A DNA stretch of 64,000 nt from a virus. Taxonomy: Duplodnaviria; Heunggongvirae; Uroviricota; Caudoviricetes. Numbering within the stretch: position 1 is the first letter of the stretch; each line of letters starts with the position of its first letter. The notes beneath the pieces are model-generated. The model had not been told where the DNA came from and did not search any database. It saw nothing but the letters and a program-made list of their open reading frames with translations. The stretch covers positions 1-64,000 of IMG/VR virus record IMGVR_UViG_3300029849_000006. The stretch is one strand, 5' to 3'. Below are positions 38,201 to 46,250 of the stretch, piece after piece. Made by a program: the position numbers and the translations under genes.

Positions 38201-41200
38201 GCCGACTGTTCTGATTCTACGTCATTCCAAAACCGATCGTTGAATGACAGGTGACCCCCCAACATAAGCGTCTTCAGCGCAGCTTCTCCTCCAGACTCGC
38301 TCTGAATCGTTCTTAATTTTTGCAAAAACGATTCTGATACGGCATTAGTGACATTATTTGATTCCTTTCTCCAAACTTCATTTATGGCTTGTATTTCTTT
38401 GGCCATCTTAAGTTGGTCGCCGGTTTTTCCCACTCTCCTGGTTCCTACATATATGTATTCTGAAGCTGCTTCCTTACGTTGTTTACGAAGCAGTCCTTCT
38501 TCTTCGTAATTGCTGCTTTTAAAATAGGAGGCCTCATCAAAATTACCACCGCTATCAATAAAAGGCTGCCTCAATATCCGTTTTTGCCTGGATAGAGCAT
38601 TAAGGTATTCTTTGGTTGTTTGAGAAACCGGATGCCCTAATTCTTCTTCAGCCTTTTTGTATATGGATTCCATTCTTGTGGCATAACTTTCGCTAAATTC
38701 CAGTTCCGAATTTTCAGCATCCCACTTTTCCATCTGCTCTGTATAGATCTTTTCCTGCTCGATGGTAAAAATATCGGTATTAACTCTATCAGACGATGGT
38801 TTGAATTTAGCGTTTTCAGTAACCGTATTTCCATCCTTGTCAACTACTTCTCTTTTAAATACGTAATTACGGTTATTGTCAACCACATCACCAATTTCTT
38901 CTTCTGATATCTCTATGTTCATGGCAGTCGCAAACGCTCGCATCTGCGCCAGCTTCTTATTACGATCGTATTTAGCCATATCAAGAGCACTACGAAGGTA
39001 ATTAGAAGTTTTGCCGTCTACTTTCTGAAGCAGTTTTTCAAATTCAGATTTGTTAAAACCATGCTTTTTCGCATATGCCAGGAAGTCGGATATGGCGGGC
39101 TGGGCATTCACCATCGCATTGTAATTGTCTTTGGCAATCATAGCTCCAAGAGCGTTATTGAACGGACTGGAAGAATGCTCTAATATACCAAACCACCTAC
39201 TTATCCAAGAAACATCGTGTTGAACCTTGTCGAAAAATTCTTTTACTCTCTTTACCTTATCTGCCGGCACATGAAGTTCGTTCATTAACTTATCAAGCAA
39301 CGTGCTTTCATCAAGGTCTTGTACTGATTTAATATCAGACTGAATACCATTGATGTCGGCAATGACGGTATTGATCCTATTTGTATAATCCTGCTTTTCA
39401 CGTTCATCAAATTCGGTACTTCTGTTACGGATATATCCTCGAAGATCGTTCATGATCGGAAGAACCTGATTGTTGATAATATCTACGTTCTTTCGATCAT
39501 TGGTATTGAAATGAAGCTTGCCGTCTTTGGTATCACCATGAAGGATGGTGTTCACCACATTACTTAAGTATCTGACCTGAGCTTCGGCTGTGGAGATCAT
39601 GCTGTTCATGGCAGCCGCCATCTCATTCTTGTCTATTTCGGTCTCTACCTTATTTATCTTATCTTCTATGGTCTTAAGCTGAGCAAGGGTCATAGACGTA
39701 GTTACAGCCCTATCAGAGCTTATCTGACGTAAGTCTCTTAATGTTTTTCTTAGTGATCTGATCTTGGACTCAAGAAACTTGTTCTTGTTCATAGAAGAAA
39801 GGGAGTATAATGTAAAGTCATTATCCTTTAACAGAGAGGTGTCAAATCCTTTATCTATGTCGGTAATGGCAAGATCACGAATGTTTTTAATAACGTTATT
39901 CAAATCTTGTCTTTGGGTAGATAAAGTTGATTTAAGCCAGCTTACTATTCCAGAGAGAAGCTGCCGGACGCTCCCCAGGAAGGAGGTGGGCTCTACCGGC
40001 GCCTGTGCTGTGCCGGTCTGCATCTCCCTGGCGAGGATCTTTCCAAGAATTTCTCTCCTAACAGCATTATCAAGTTCAGAGCCTTCATATACCTTACCGT
40101 ATGTATTATAATACTGACCTGCATATTGGTTCCACTCTTCCGTACCTTCTACATCTTGCAGAACAGCCTCAACAGCATTCTGATCTCTGTATGCCTCTAC
40201 AAGGAAGTGGGCTGTTTCTTCTACTAAATCGGATAAAGTAGCATCTTCACCAACTGCTATTACGTTATTGGCAATATCCGCCAATGCCTTAGCAGAAGGT
40301 TCATGCCCGTATTTGGTTTGGTACTTCTCTATATAGTCGGTCATACCTATGACACTAACGCCAAGAGTTTTCAGTATCTCGACAATAGAATTTCGTTGAT
40401 CACGTTCCTGCCTGCTATAATCTGATACGATCTTAGCTTTAGTATCAGCATAAAGATCGTTGTCTTCTAATATGAATGAAACTACAAGCGCATCAAAATG
40501 ATCGTACTTGGCGTCCAATTCATTGTATCTTCCTGACTTAAGATCGTTCTTTATCTGTTCCCTACTAACCCTTTCCGTTCCTCCGGTGGCAAGTCTCATA
40601 GTTACCTTACTGTTATCCAACGAGCTTATGGTTATCATACCCTGGTCGTTCATGGAAACATCGGAACCAAAATGATTACGGAGCTCAGTGTATGATAAGG
40701 CTGAATTGAAAAGTCTAATTTGTCCTGTATGACCTTCTCCTGTAAGATAATAGCTTCTTGTTTCAGGATCGAATATCTTAGATCCTGACAAAAGACCTTT
40801 CTTTATAAGGTAGTTAATTATCCCGCCTTTTGTTGATAAAGAAGTAGAAGCAGAAGCGGTCATGACCGGTATAAAAGACTTGGGATTATTAAGAACATAC
40901 TTTCCAGCTTTGTAAGTAATGTCTGCCACGCCATCCCAGGCAGATTCTTGAACGGTGCCTGATAAGAATCCTATTCTAATATCATTCCCGCCAGAGCGAA
41001 GAGCTTCTCCGTAATCTTCAAATAATTGACTACGATCGTTCATGAAAAACAAACGAGGCTCTCCGGTCTGATACGTTACACCCACAGGATTAGAATCTGT
41101 CTGTGGTAACTCTTCTGGGCTAAATATCTTAAGACCGTCTTTTATAACCATATAATTAACACCCTTATCCTGTACCATAGATACGGGAGTGAAGTCCGAA

Positions 41201-41679
41201 GATATAGCATCTTGTAGATACTGCCCGGCGTCTATTCCAGGTCCTTCCGGTACGGAAATACTTGACGGAACCATAGCATCCACCAACATAATATTATCAC
41301 CCAGATCTTGGCTATAGAATCCGAAGCCTGATTCTTGAATCCCATAAGTTGCATCTGATTTTGATACAAGAACAGGATTACTCATCTTAGAAGCCTTATC
41401 CAGTACCCTTTCTCTATAAGCTTCCGGAATAAGATCAATGTTGGATTTAACCTTATTATAAGCCGGTTTGTTGATAGGCACTCTCTTTCTCCAGTCGCCA
41501 AAATCCTTTAAGAACTTATTAGAAAATACGGTTTTAAAAACAGTAGTAGCCCGTTCCCTGTTCTCCATAAGAGGAATAGATGCTATCTTATCAAACAACA
41601 TAGACCTGTCCCCTGATCTGGTAGAGACAGAAACAACTTTCTTTTTATTATCTCTTTTAATAATACACGTTGATACCAT
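35257..41679 (-). CDS. giant virion-associated protein (2140 aa); possibly a tail/ejection protein or virion-packaged RNA polymerase-like protein
   Basis: Uninterrupted 6.4-kb ORF with balanced composition. Giant genes in a structural block are typical of large podophages such as crAss-like phages. The closest match to a DxDGD catalytic motif seen by eye is YDADGNE. Confidence 0.7.
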   Translation of the reverse strand: MVSTCIIKRDNKKKVVSVSTRSGDRSMLFDKIASIPLMENRERATTVFKTVFSNKFLKDFGDWRKRVPINKPAYNKVKSNIDLIPEAYRERVLDKASKMSNPVLVSKSDATYGIQESGFGFYSQDLGDNIMLVDAMVPSSISVPEGPGIDAGQYLQDAISSDFTPVSMVQDKGVNYMVIKDGLKIFSPEELPQTDSNPVGVTYQTGEPRLFFMNDRSQLFEDYGEALRSGGNDIRIGFLSGTVQESAWDGVADITYKAGKYVLNNPKSFIPVMTASASTSLSTKGGIINYLIKKGLLSGSKIFDPETRSYYLTGEGHTGQIRLFNSALSYTELRNHFGSDVSMNDQGMITISSLDNSKVTMRLATGGTERVSREQIKNDLKSGRYNELDAKYDHFDALVVSFILEDNDLYADTKAKIVSDYSRQERDQRNSIVEILKTLGVSVIGMTDYIEKYQTKYGHEPSAKALADIANNVIAVGEDATLSDLVEETAHFLVEAYRDQNAVEAVLQDVEGTEEWNQYAGQYYNTYGKVYEGSELDNAVRREILGKILAREMQTGTAQAPVEPTSFLGSVRQLLSGIVSWLKSTLSTQRQDLNNVIKNIRDLAITDIDKGFDTSLLKDNDFTLYSLSSMNKNKFLESKIRSLRKTLRDLRQISSDRAVTTSMTLAQLKTIEDKINKVETEIDKNEMAAAMNSMISTAEAQVRYLSNVVNTILHGDTKDGKLHFNTNDRKNVDIINNQVLPIMNDLRGYIRNRSTEFDEREKQDYTNRINTVIADINGIQSDIKSVQDLDESTLLDKLMNELHVPADKVKRVKEFFDKVQHDVSWISRWFGILEHSSSPFNNALGAMIAKDNYNAMVNAQPAISDFLAYAKKHGFNKSEFEKLLQKVDGKTSNYLRSALDMAKYDRNKKLAQMRAFATAMNIEISEEEIGDVVDNNRNYVFKREVVDKDGNTVTENAKFKPSSDRVNTDIFTIEQEKIYTEQMEKWDAENSELEFSESYATRMESIYKKAEEELGHPVSQTTKEYLNALSRQKRILRQPFIDSGGNFDEASYFKSSNYEEEGLLRKQRKEAASEYIYVGTRRVGKTGDQLKMAKEIQAINEVWRKESNNVTNAVSESFLQKLRTIQSESGGEAALKTLMLGGHLSFNDRFWNDVESEQSARTESNNKASYLKMAHDIISSTTSDRDATDVDSIVKDIEKNKAIIKEIIGNNRDVADIGEINEATFTSSERDAFRAASEAIEADYAILIDYAKMVGLEDIDKYLTKSSKAENEVNQSYLNALADSKEVEWKFVQRHTTAKKAKRIQALRDKLFKAADNRYLFTVSETNYLSEKLGISKELDGRDFRNAVNAKMASLFLNNTREEGVEEANAIVNEFARSQVFSYYKRMAPTGYAAMIDKIGRGEIDVAQMVKDVQNGTSTQDYGMDISYLSFDPARAWVAESEAENSGRNPDYVKDHGYGHRMPKKSLYRDESYFNDFGIKYDADGNEVATKNVEQWNMIQKLKEIKRQSLDLYKEQSPNLYAIPQISKQDIERMEGLGINFKNTVRNFVSDLCLDRVDDSLYGKTRQGEVYDPEDRLRSIPKYYIYELENQDDVSHDFGYSYSMLMMQSSLYNEKQKSIELAQGLEQMLLNKQFEGGKKAEATQAYQMFRDFFNDHYYGIRMNTKKLTVNIGGYTVDLTRIMMAVERFMSVMNLALSPFVAATGALTGHINLIMESAVGQYISKDSLKYASAEFSRLAPSCIAETGDIDRKSKLYVIGERMGIFNIRNRMYGAGYNRAARTLMRSPMYAFMEILNYPLDPQVMIATMDNVRYYKGRFYTFQDFKMEKERNKEQSTIKREWNALKDRTLWSMVDVVDGKVVVKPGSGVTVEEVETQMAITRNQVRSLSQICNGSLNEENRTAASRNWIARFMTAHRGWLVLAAQRLWKRRGFNFQTMQEEEGLSITLKNMIAKTFSLASESGMKNIIDAWNENKDNMNEVEKTNLKRLSVYAGTFLIMQAVSMLLAGWRDDDENEESWLTQFGSYVGFRTINEIASQMPFIMELNVVDIINDPFVMGRKLKDLTDLRNYSLDKVTSGTYKGESKLFRQLAKQTFIKQWYNIKTPEDVARAYNWWQQTNNKSMMFFIGATPDSEGDDDVSYK

Positions 41680-41779
41680 GATAAAACATTTTTGTTATGA
41701 GACAAAGGTAGTTAAAAATAAAGCATATCATAAAAAATAAAGCCACCTAACTTCTCAGTCTGATGGCTTAAAAATAATA

Positions 41780-41813
41780 TGAAAAAAAAATTATAATCTG
41801 ACGAAAAATCGTC
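41780..41813 (-). terminator. weak hairpin GACGA-AAAA-TCGTC with a T9 run further downstream on the - strand
   Basis: Read directly after the stop of gene 41823..42146. Confidence 0.3.
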
Positions 41814-41822
41814 AAGTTCAGC

Positions 41823-42146
41823 TTATATGTAATGCATGTACCCATCTCGGTGTATAAACCTTCCCGATTCAAAGCGCTCAATATCTTCAGGGCAAATAGA
41901 GCCCGAATCCTCTCTCCTGGCTTCAAACCAAAGCCCCGGCTTACGAATTAGGCAAGTTATGATATAATTGAAGCAATTGTGCGTAAAATGGAAAACAGAT
42001 CCTACAGGGAAATACCTATCAGCTTGAAATACGATTCTTTTTCGTTTAGTATCAAACGTGATATCTCCTACTATCTTAGCCACGTAATAGCTTCTGCCAT
42101 TTAACGTTTCATCTGTTTGTGGTATCCAATAATAACCTCTTGCCAT
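41823..42146 (-). CDS. hypothetical protein (start moved to MARGYYW to avoid the terminator hairpin)
   Basis: ORF track 41823..42176; the first 10 codons overlap the terminator at 42160-42189. Confidence 0.4.
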   Translation of the reverse strand: MARGYYWIPQTDETLNGRSYYVAKIVGDITFDTKRKRIVFQADRYFPVGSVFHFTHNCFNYIITCLIRKPGLWFEARREDSGSICPEDIERFESGRFIHRDGYMHYI

Positions 42147-42159
42147 GCCACAAATATAT

Positions 42160-42189
42160 AAAAAAAAATCGGACAAGATATATGTCCGA
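42160..42189 (-). terminator. rho-independent terminator: TCGGAC-ATATATCTT-GTCCGA then U8
   Basis: On +: A8 at 42161-42168, then TCGGACAAGATATATGTCCGA at 42169-42189. Confidence 0.6.
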
Positions 42190-42196
42190 CTTTATA

Positions 42197-42367
42197 TTAC
42201 TTTGATTCGTTTTCAAACCGCTTTATAATAGAAGCAATATCATCACCACAAATAAACATCATTCGACGTTCTTCTTTTGGTTTATGAGACACTGGAATGG
42301 TTTTGTTTATCTTAATCTGATTCGCCAGACCTCTACCTAAACGAATATCAACTTTTTTACCTTTCAT
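42197..42367 (-). CDS. small protein (56 aa; MKGKKVDIRLGRGLANQIKINKTIPVSHKPKEERRMMFICGDDIASIIKRFENESK)
   Basis: Hand-translated; not in the ORF track (under 60 aa). Its ATGA start overlaps the stop of the upstream gene; followed directly by a strong terminator. Confidence 0.35.
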   Translation of the reverse strand: MKGKKVDIRLGRGLANQIKINKTIPVSHKPKEERRMMFICGDDIASIIKRFENESK

Positions 42368-42674
42368 GAATTATTTGTTTAAACAGACCAATTCCATCTA
42401 TTATAATATGACCGCTTTGCATACGACCATTATTAGGATTGTGTAGAAAATTGAAACCACTTTCTTTTTCCTGTCTTTCAAAAGAACTGATATCCTTTCC
42501 TCTACGGGCTCTTTCAAAAGCTTTCTTGAACAACTTGCCTCTAAAGGTCTTGACGAGGATCTTGGTAGCGTTATTGCCGACTCTTACCATTGCTTTCCTT
42601 GCCTGGTCCTCCGAGACAAAACTGCTTCGGAAAATATACGATGCTGCTGCTTGTATGTCCTGCTTGGTAATCAT
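42357..42674 (-). CDS. hypothetical protein (105 aa)
   Basis: ORF track. Confidence 0.4.
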   Translation of the reverse strand: MITKQDIQAAASYIFRSSFVSEDQARKAMVRVGNNATKILVKTFRGKLFKKAFERARRGKDISSFERQEKESGFNFLHNPNNGRMQSGHIIIDGIGLFKQIIHER

Positions 42675-42747
42675 ATGATAAACATTTCTTTCAGAATACT
42701 GATCTTTATTCCGTATATCAATTTCATCTCATCTCTATCATATACGT

Positions 42748-42778
42748 CAAAAAAGGATTCACTGGGGTCCTTTGAATC
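42748..42778 (-). terminator. hairpin GATTC-ACTGGGGTCCTTT-GAATC then U6 on the - strand
   Basis: Read directly about 50 nt downstream of the TnpB-like stop. Confidence 0.4.
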
Positions 42779-42825
42779 TGCGCTCAATTAAATTATGCAA
42801 TTACCAGTTTGACATACTCCCATCG

Positions 42826-43626
42826 CTAAAGCAAATGGGATTCTTGGATACAAGCGCAAGAAACCACGACATTACTATCACTGGAATTACTCTTGCTCTC
42901 CAATTCGGAAATGCCCTTCCGAAGTATATTACGGGCTGCAAGAACATCACGGTCGTTTACCGCTCCGCACGCCGGGCATACCCACGTGCGGTCGCGTAAC
43001 GACAATCCTTTATTAATGCAGCCACATTCACAAGTTTTGGAAGAAGGATACCATTTGTCAATCTTATGTACTATCACTCCATACTTTGAAGCAACATACG
43101 TAAGTTTATCAATAAAAGAAGAATGACTAAGATCAGAAACTTTCTTTCCCCACAAACGTTTCATTCCTTCAATGTTTAGATCTTCAATAAAAATATAATC
43201 ATATTGTTTACACAAATCATGAGCTAATTTCCATTGAAAATCCGATCGAAGATTGTTTATTTTACGATACGTTTGTTGGAGTTCAAACAGTCTCCTTCTT
43301 CTATTGTTAGATCCTTTCTTTGCATTAGAAAGCCGTTTGTTTAGTTTTCTAATCTTGTTTTGATATTGTTTGAAGAATAATGGAGACCCAATTTTGTTCC
43401 CATCACTTTTAGTTAGATAAGTTTTCAGGCCAAAATCCAATCCTATAGATGCACCATCCCCTCCTGTACATCCACAAATCAAACAATACGAGTCTCTTTC
43501 TGTCTTCGATTTGGATTGAAAATCTCTTACGGCTTTAATCCAGATAGGAGAAATAATCTTACCGGAAAATACAGGTACATCTAAGATTAATGTTTCCATT
43601 ATTTTGGCAAAATATTCATATAACAC
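42826..43626 (-). CDS. tnpB: TnpB-like RuvC/Zn-finger nuclease domain protein, N-terminally truncated (266 aa)
   Basis: RuvC-I IGLDFGLKTY, RuvC-II IFIEDLNIEG, Zn-finger KTCECGC...WVCPACG and RuvC-III NDRDVLAARNI in the translation. Only ~50 aa precede RuvC-I and an in-frame stop lies 8 codons upstream of the GTG start, so the WED/REC region is missing. Confidence 0.6.
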   Translation of the reverse strand: MLYEYFAKIMETLILDVPVFSGKIISPIWIKAVRDFQSKSKTERDSYCLICGCTGGDGASIGLDFGLKTYLTKSDGNKIGSPLFFKQYQNKIRKLNKRLSNAKKGSNNRRRRLFELQQTYRKINNLRSDFQWKLAHDLCKQYDYIFIEDLNIEGMKRLWGKKVSDLSHSSFIDKLTYVASKYGVIVHKIDKWYPSSKTCECGCINKGLSLRDRTWVCPACGAVNDRDVLAARNILRKGISELESKSNSSDSNVVVSCACIQESHLL

Positions 43627-43814
43627 GGCACATCTACCACATCTCTTCTACGAAGTCCCTTATCAAAATAGGAAACCATATAAGTGTTTTTACCTTCGTG
43701 ATCAGGTCTGGGATCAAAACATTCAAAAACGAATCTTGTTATACCTTCCAAATGACCAAGCATGAAAACAAATTCGCCACTGTATCTTTTATTAGCCAAT
43801 TCTTCTACAGTCAT
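43599..43814 (-). CDS. hypothetical protein (71 aa)
   Basis: ORF track; overlaps the TnpB-like 5' end by 28 nt in another frame. Confidence 0.3.
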   Translation of the reverse strand: MTVEELANKRYSGEFVFMLGHLEGITRFVFECFDPRPDHEGKNTYMVSYFDKGLRRRDVVDVPCYMNILPK

Positions 43815-44038
43815 AATCTGTCCCCTCCTAATCCTGAATTGATGCTAACGTACTTAACACGGACATCATTTCCACGTCCAAGCTGACCCCAGCCGGGCGA
43901 TGGCGTTCCCTTAGCCGGAGCAGGGACAGCCCTAAGCCGAGGCCAGTCCTGATTTTGCCTCATGGCTTCAGCCTCTTTGTAATACCGGTTACACAGTTCT
44001 TGATCTTCGTAACCAACGTAATCTTCCTTATTTTCCAT
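43811..44038 (-). CDS. hypothetical protein (75 aa)
   Basis: ORF track; ATGA overlap with the downstream gene. Confidence 0.35.
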   Translation of the reverse strand: MENKEDYVGYEDQELCNRYYKEAEAMRQNQDWPRLRAVPAPAKGTPSPGWGQLGRGNDVRVKYVSINSGLGGDRL

Positions 44039-44107
44039 ATAGAATACTTTTTCAACAAAAGTACGACATTCATGAATTAATTAGATTTAAAATAAAACAA
44101 TATGAAT

Positions 44108-44143
44108 TAAAATAAAAACCCGATACGTTAAAATCGCATCGGG
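44108..44143 (-). terminator. hairpin CCCGAT-GCGATTTTAACGT-ATCGGG then TTTTTATT on the - strand
   Basis: Read directly; lies 24 nt downstream of the small gene 44167..44343. Confidence 0.5.
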
Positions 44144-44166
44144 CCTGGTATTGAAAAAAAATAGGT

Positions 44167-44343
44167 TCAGATCTTGGGTAAAGATTCGAGCCAATTTTTA
44201 ACATCTTTATATTTAGGGTCTTTGTCTATTCTATCTTTCAGTTCATGCAATGCTGAGTCCATAACCGTATTCGGTACGCCAATCAACTCTCCTATTAAAT
44301 ACAATGGGGTTTTATTCGATTTAGATTCGTGTGCTATATTCAT
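44167..44343 (-). CDS. small protein (58 aa; MNIAHESKSNKTPLYLIGELIGVPNTVMDSALHELKDRIDKDPKYKDVKNWLESLPKI)
   Basis: Hand-translated; protein-like composition; its own terminator lies downstream. Preferred over the antisense + ORF 44174..44407. Confidence 0.4.
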   Translation of the reverse strand: MNIAHESKSNKTPLYLIGELIGVPNTVMDSALHELKDRIDKDPKYKDVKNWLESLPKI

Positions 44344-44484
44344 GTCAAAAAAAAGTTATGTGAAACAAACCGGCCACGGGTATTCTATTGCCCGCCGACC
44401 GGTATAATATTTTTATTCCTTTTTTCCAAACGGGAAAAACGGGAATGCGGGAATCATATTTTTTACTATGGCTCCCGCACCACC

Positions 44485-44536
44485 GGAAGGACCTGGGTCT
44501 GGATCTCAGGTCAGATCCTTCCAGTTTATTTTTTCG
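44485..44536 (+). terminator. strong + strand intrinsic terminator (GGAAGGA...TCCTTCC imperfect hairpin, then TTTATTTTTT) inside the - strand block
   Basis: Read directly. No convincing + strand protein gene lies upstream. On the - strand the same hairpin is not followed by a U-tract. Confidence 0.5.
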
Positions 44537-44799
44537 CCGAGGTAATCTTGCACGGCAAGCCATCTTATAAAGGCTACTCCTTCGGGAGCATCCGGATCAT
44601 CCAAATACATTAACGTAGCTTTCACCAACTCGTTCTCACATTTGAAGACCTTCGGAAAACCATCCGAATAGTACATTGCAAAGACATATTGGACATCGCC
44701 CCATGTCGCTTTATCCGGCTTCTTCGCTCCGCACTTTTCAAAAATATCTTTTATTTCCGGCTGCTTCCAGATCCTCTTGGATCCATCGACGTTGACCAT
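44506..44799 (-). CDS. hypothetical protein (97 aa); in frame with the upstream RG/ER-rich ORF across a single TGA
   Basis: ORF track. Hand translation shows ...GRGRGRSY*GADAEDPAYQKYVDTYGYHFSNALADEAVKKMVNVDGSKRIW... Confidence 0.45.
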   Translation of the reverse strand: MVNVDGSKRIWKQPEIKDIFEKCGAKKPDKATWGDVQYVFAMYYSDGFPKVFKCENELVKATLMYLDDPDAPEGVAFIRWLAVQDYLGEKINWKDLT

Positions 44800-44892
44800 C
44801 TTCTTTACCGCCTCATCAGCGAGAGCATTAGAAAAATGGTAGCCGTAAGTATCTACATATTTCTGATAAGCTGGATCCTCTGCGTCTGCTCC

Positions 44893-45261
44893 TCAATAAG
44901 AACGACCTCTGCCACGTCCGCGACCTCTACGCATCTGAGGTCCGTCACCGTAGTATCTGTCGTCTCCATAGTAATCGGTCGGGTAGGATTCGTAACCCAT
45001 CCTCCGGTATTCCCGGTCCTCCATTTCATGACGACGTTCGCGCTCTTCAAGCCTTCTTTCCCTTTCTTCCAGCTCGTTTTCGCGTTCTTCCATTTCCTTC
45101 ATCTTCTCATGCATACCGTAATGGTCGTAAATACCACCACCGTACCCCATGTACGTCCCATCAGAACGCCGGCTTCTGCCTCTGCCTCCACCTCGTCTGT
45201 CTTCTATCTCGTCATATCCAGGATATTCTCTGTGTCCTGAATTTAAATCATATACTATCAT
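44893..45261 (-). CDS. low-complexity Arg/Gly- and Glu/Arg-rich protein (122 aa)
   Basis: ORF track; tightly follows 45269..45763; RGG-like repeats and an ER-repeat helix. Confidence 0.4.
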   Translation of the reverse strand: MIVYDLNSGHREYPGYDEIEDRRGGGRGRSRRSDGTYMGYGGGIYDHYGMHEKMKEMEERENELEERERRLEERERRHEMEDREYRRMGYESYPTDYYGDDRYYGDGPQMRRGRGRGRGRSY

Positions 45262-45268
45262 ATTATAC

Positions 45269-45763
45269 TTATTTCAAACGTTCTACAATTAACTTCTTTA
45301 AATCTTCGAATGAATCAGTAAGGTCATTCACCTTATTTTCTATACCAGCTATTTTACGATCCTGCTCTCTCGTTTGTTTGAATGCCGGATTGATGTCTTC
45401 TAATATAGATTCACAAGCCTCTATCTTGGCACGATGGGCATCTACGCTGTTTATTATGTCTTGACTGGTGTTTTTTATAGCATTCAGTTCGTTCATAATC
45501 GGATCTATGCTGGTAGATAATGTTATGCCCATAGCCTTAGCCACATTCTGGGATTCCGGGACCGTATAGGTCTTGGTTTCGCCAGTGAGCTCTACCGTCA
45601 GATCCACCACGCGGGTCTGCATCGCCTGATACTGACCTGGCTGAGGAGGAAGATACCTGGGTTCGGATACGGCTACTACCTTTCCCAATTCGTATTTAGG
45701 TACTGTATTAGTATCAAGGGTATGTACCTGAAACCCTTTCTTCAAATCTGAAAACATGATCAA
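45269..45763 (-). CDS. hypothetical protein (164 aa)
   Basis: ORF track. Confidence 0.5.
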   Translation of the reverse strand: MIMFSDLKKGFQVHTLDTNTVPKYELGKVVAVSEPRYLPPQPGQYQAMQTRVVDLTVELTGETKTYTVPESQNVAKAMGITLSTSIDPIMNELNAIKNTSQDIINSVDAHRAKIEACESILEDINPAFKQTREQDRKIAGIENKVNDLTDSFEDLKKLIVERLK

Positions 45764-45813
45764 AATATTAGTTAGGTGAAAATAGGGTGATGATCTTCAT
45801 CACCCTACTGAAA

Positions 45814-46227
45814 TCATTTACCTGCTTTAACTTCAGACGCCTGGGCTGTTGTTGTCGGAACACAACAATCCATTAATCTTAACACGCCACGAACTTTATT
45901 GAAGTACAGAAGGCGTTCTGTGCCATTTACCATAGCAGCACCCGTGACAGCTACGTTAATAGGGTTCACGACATTCACTCCCGTAACCGGGCAACAGGTG
46001 TCGGCTCCTACTGTTGAAACTGTGCTGTTTGCCGGGACCGCAATCTGTACCGGTAGAGCACTTCCGGCTGTGGGGACTACTTGCCTTATCTTAAGAAGGA
46101 TAAGACCCTCACACGGAAGGGCGATCCAAGCCCGTGGGTTAATACCGAAGACTGTATTTGTCGTACTGACAATAACATTCTTCGTAACCATCTCATACAA
46201 CGATCCTATTTTAGAAACACAAGCCAT
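45814..46227 (-). CDS. hypothetical Val/Thr-rich protein with two vicinal Cys-Cys motifs (137 aa)
   Basis: DTCCPV and MDCCVPT in the translation. Confidence 0.45.
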   Translation of the reverse strand: MACVSKIGSLYEMVTKNVIVSTTNTVFGINPRAWIALPCEGLILLKIRQVVPTAGSALPVQIAVPANSTVSTVGADTCCPVTGVNVVNPINVAVTGAAMVNGTERLLYFNKVRGVLRLMDCCVPTTTAQASEVKAGK

Positions 46228-46250
46228 ATTAGCCTCCTTTCTTAATAAAA

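Larger units (their letters stand above)
42680..43650 (-). mobile_element. possible degenerate IS200/IS605-family (IS1341-like, tnpB-only) element; boundaries not determined
   Basis: Inferred only from the presence of the TnpB-like gene; no tnpA and no clear end hairpins identified. Confidence 0.25.

Noticed and set aside
35620-40111. Multiple 60-150 aa + strand ORFs inside the 2140-aa gene region (e.g. 35620..35844, 37156..37611, 39764..40111)
   Set aside because: They are antisense to a continuous 6.4-kb ORF, with low-complexity or hydrophobic junk-like translations. They are shadow ORFs.
43599-43814. Possibility that the 71-aa ORF is the missing TnpB N-terminus (frameshift fusion)
   Set aside because: Its sequence does not resemble a TnpB WED/REC N-terminus, and the combined length (~337 aa) would still be short. 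Kept as a separate hypothetical ORF, with the possibility noted in findings.
44174-45240. Plus-strand ORFs 44174..44407, 44329..44613 and 44689..45240
   Set aside because: They are antisense to better-supported - strand genes (hand-found 44167..44343, then 44506..44799 and 44893..45261). Their translations are Ser/Thr/Phe-rich nonsense typical of antisense frames.
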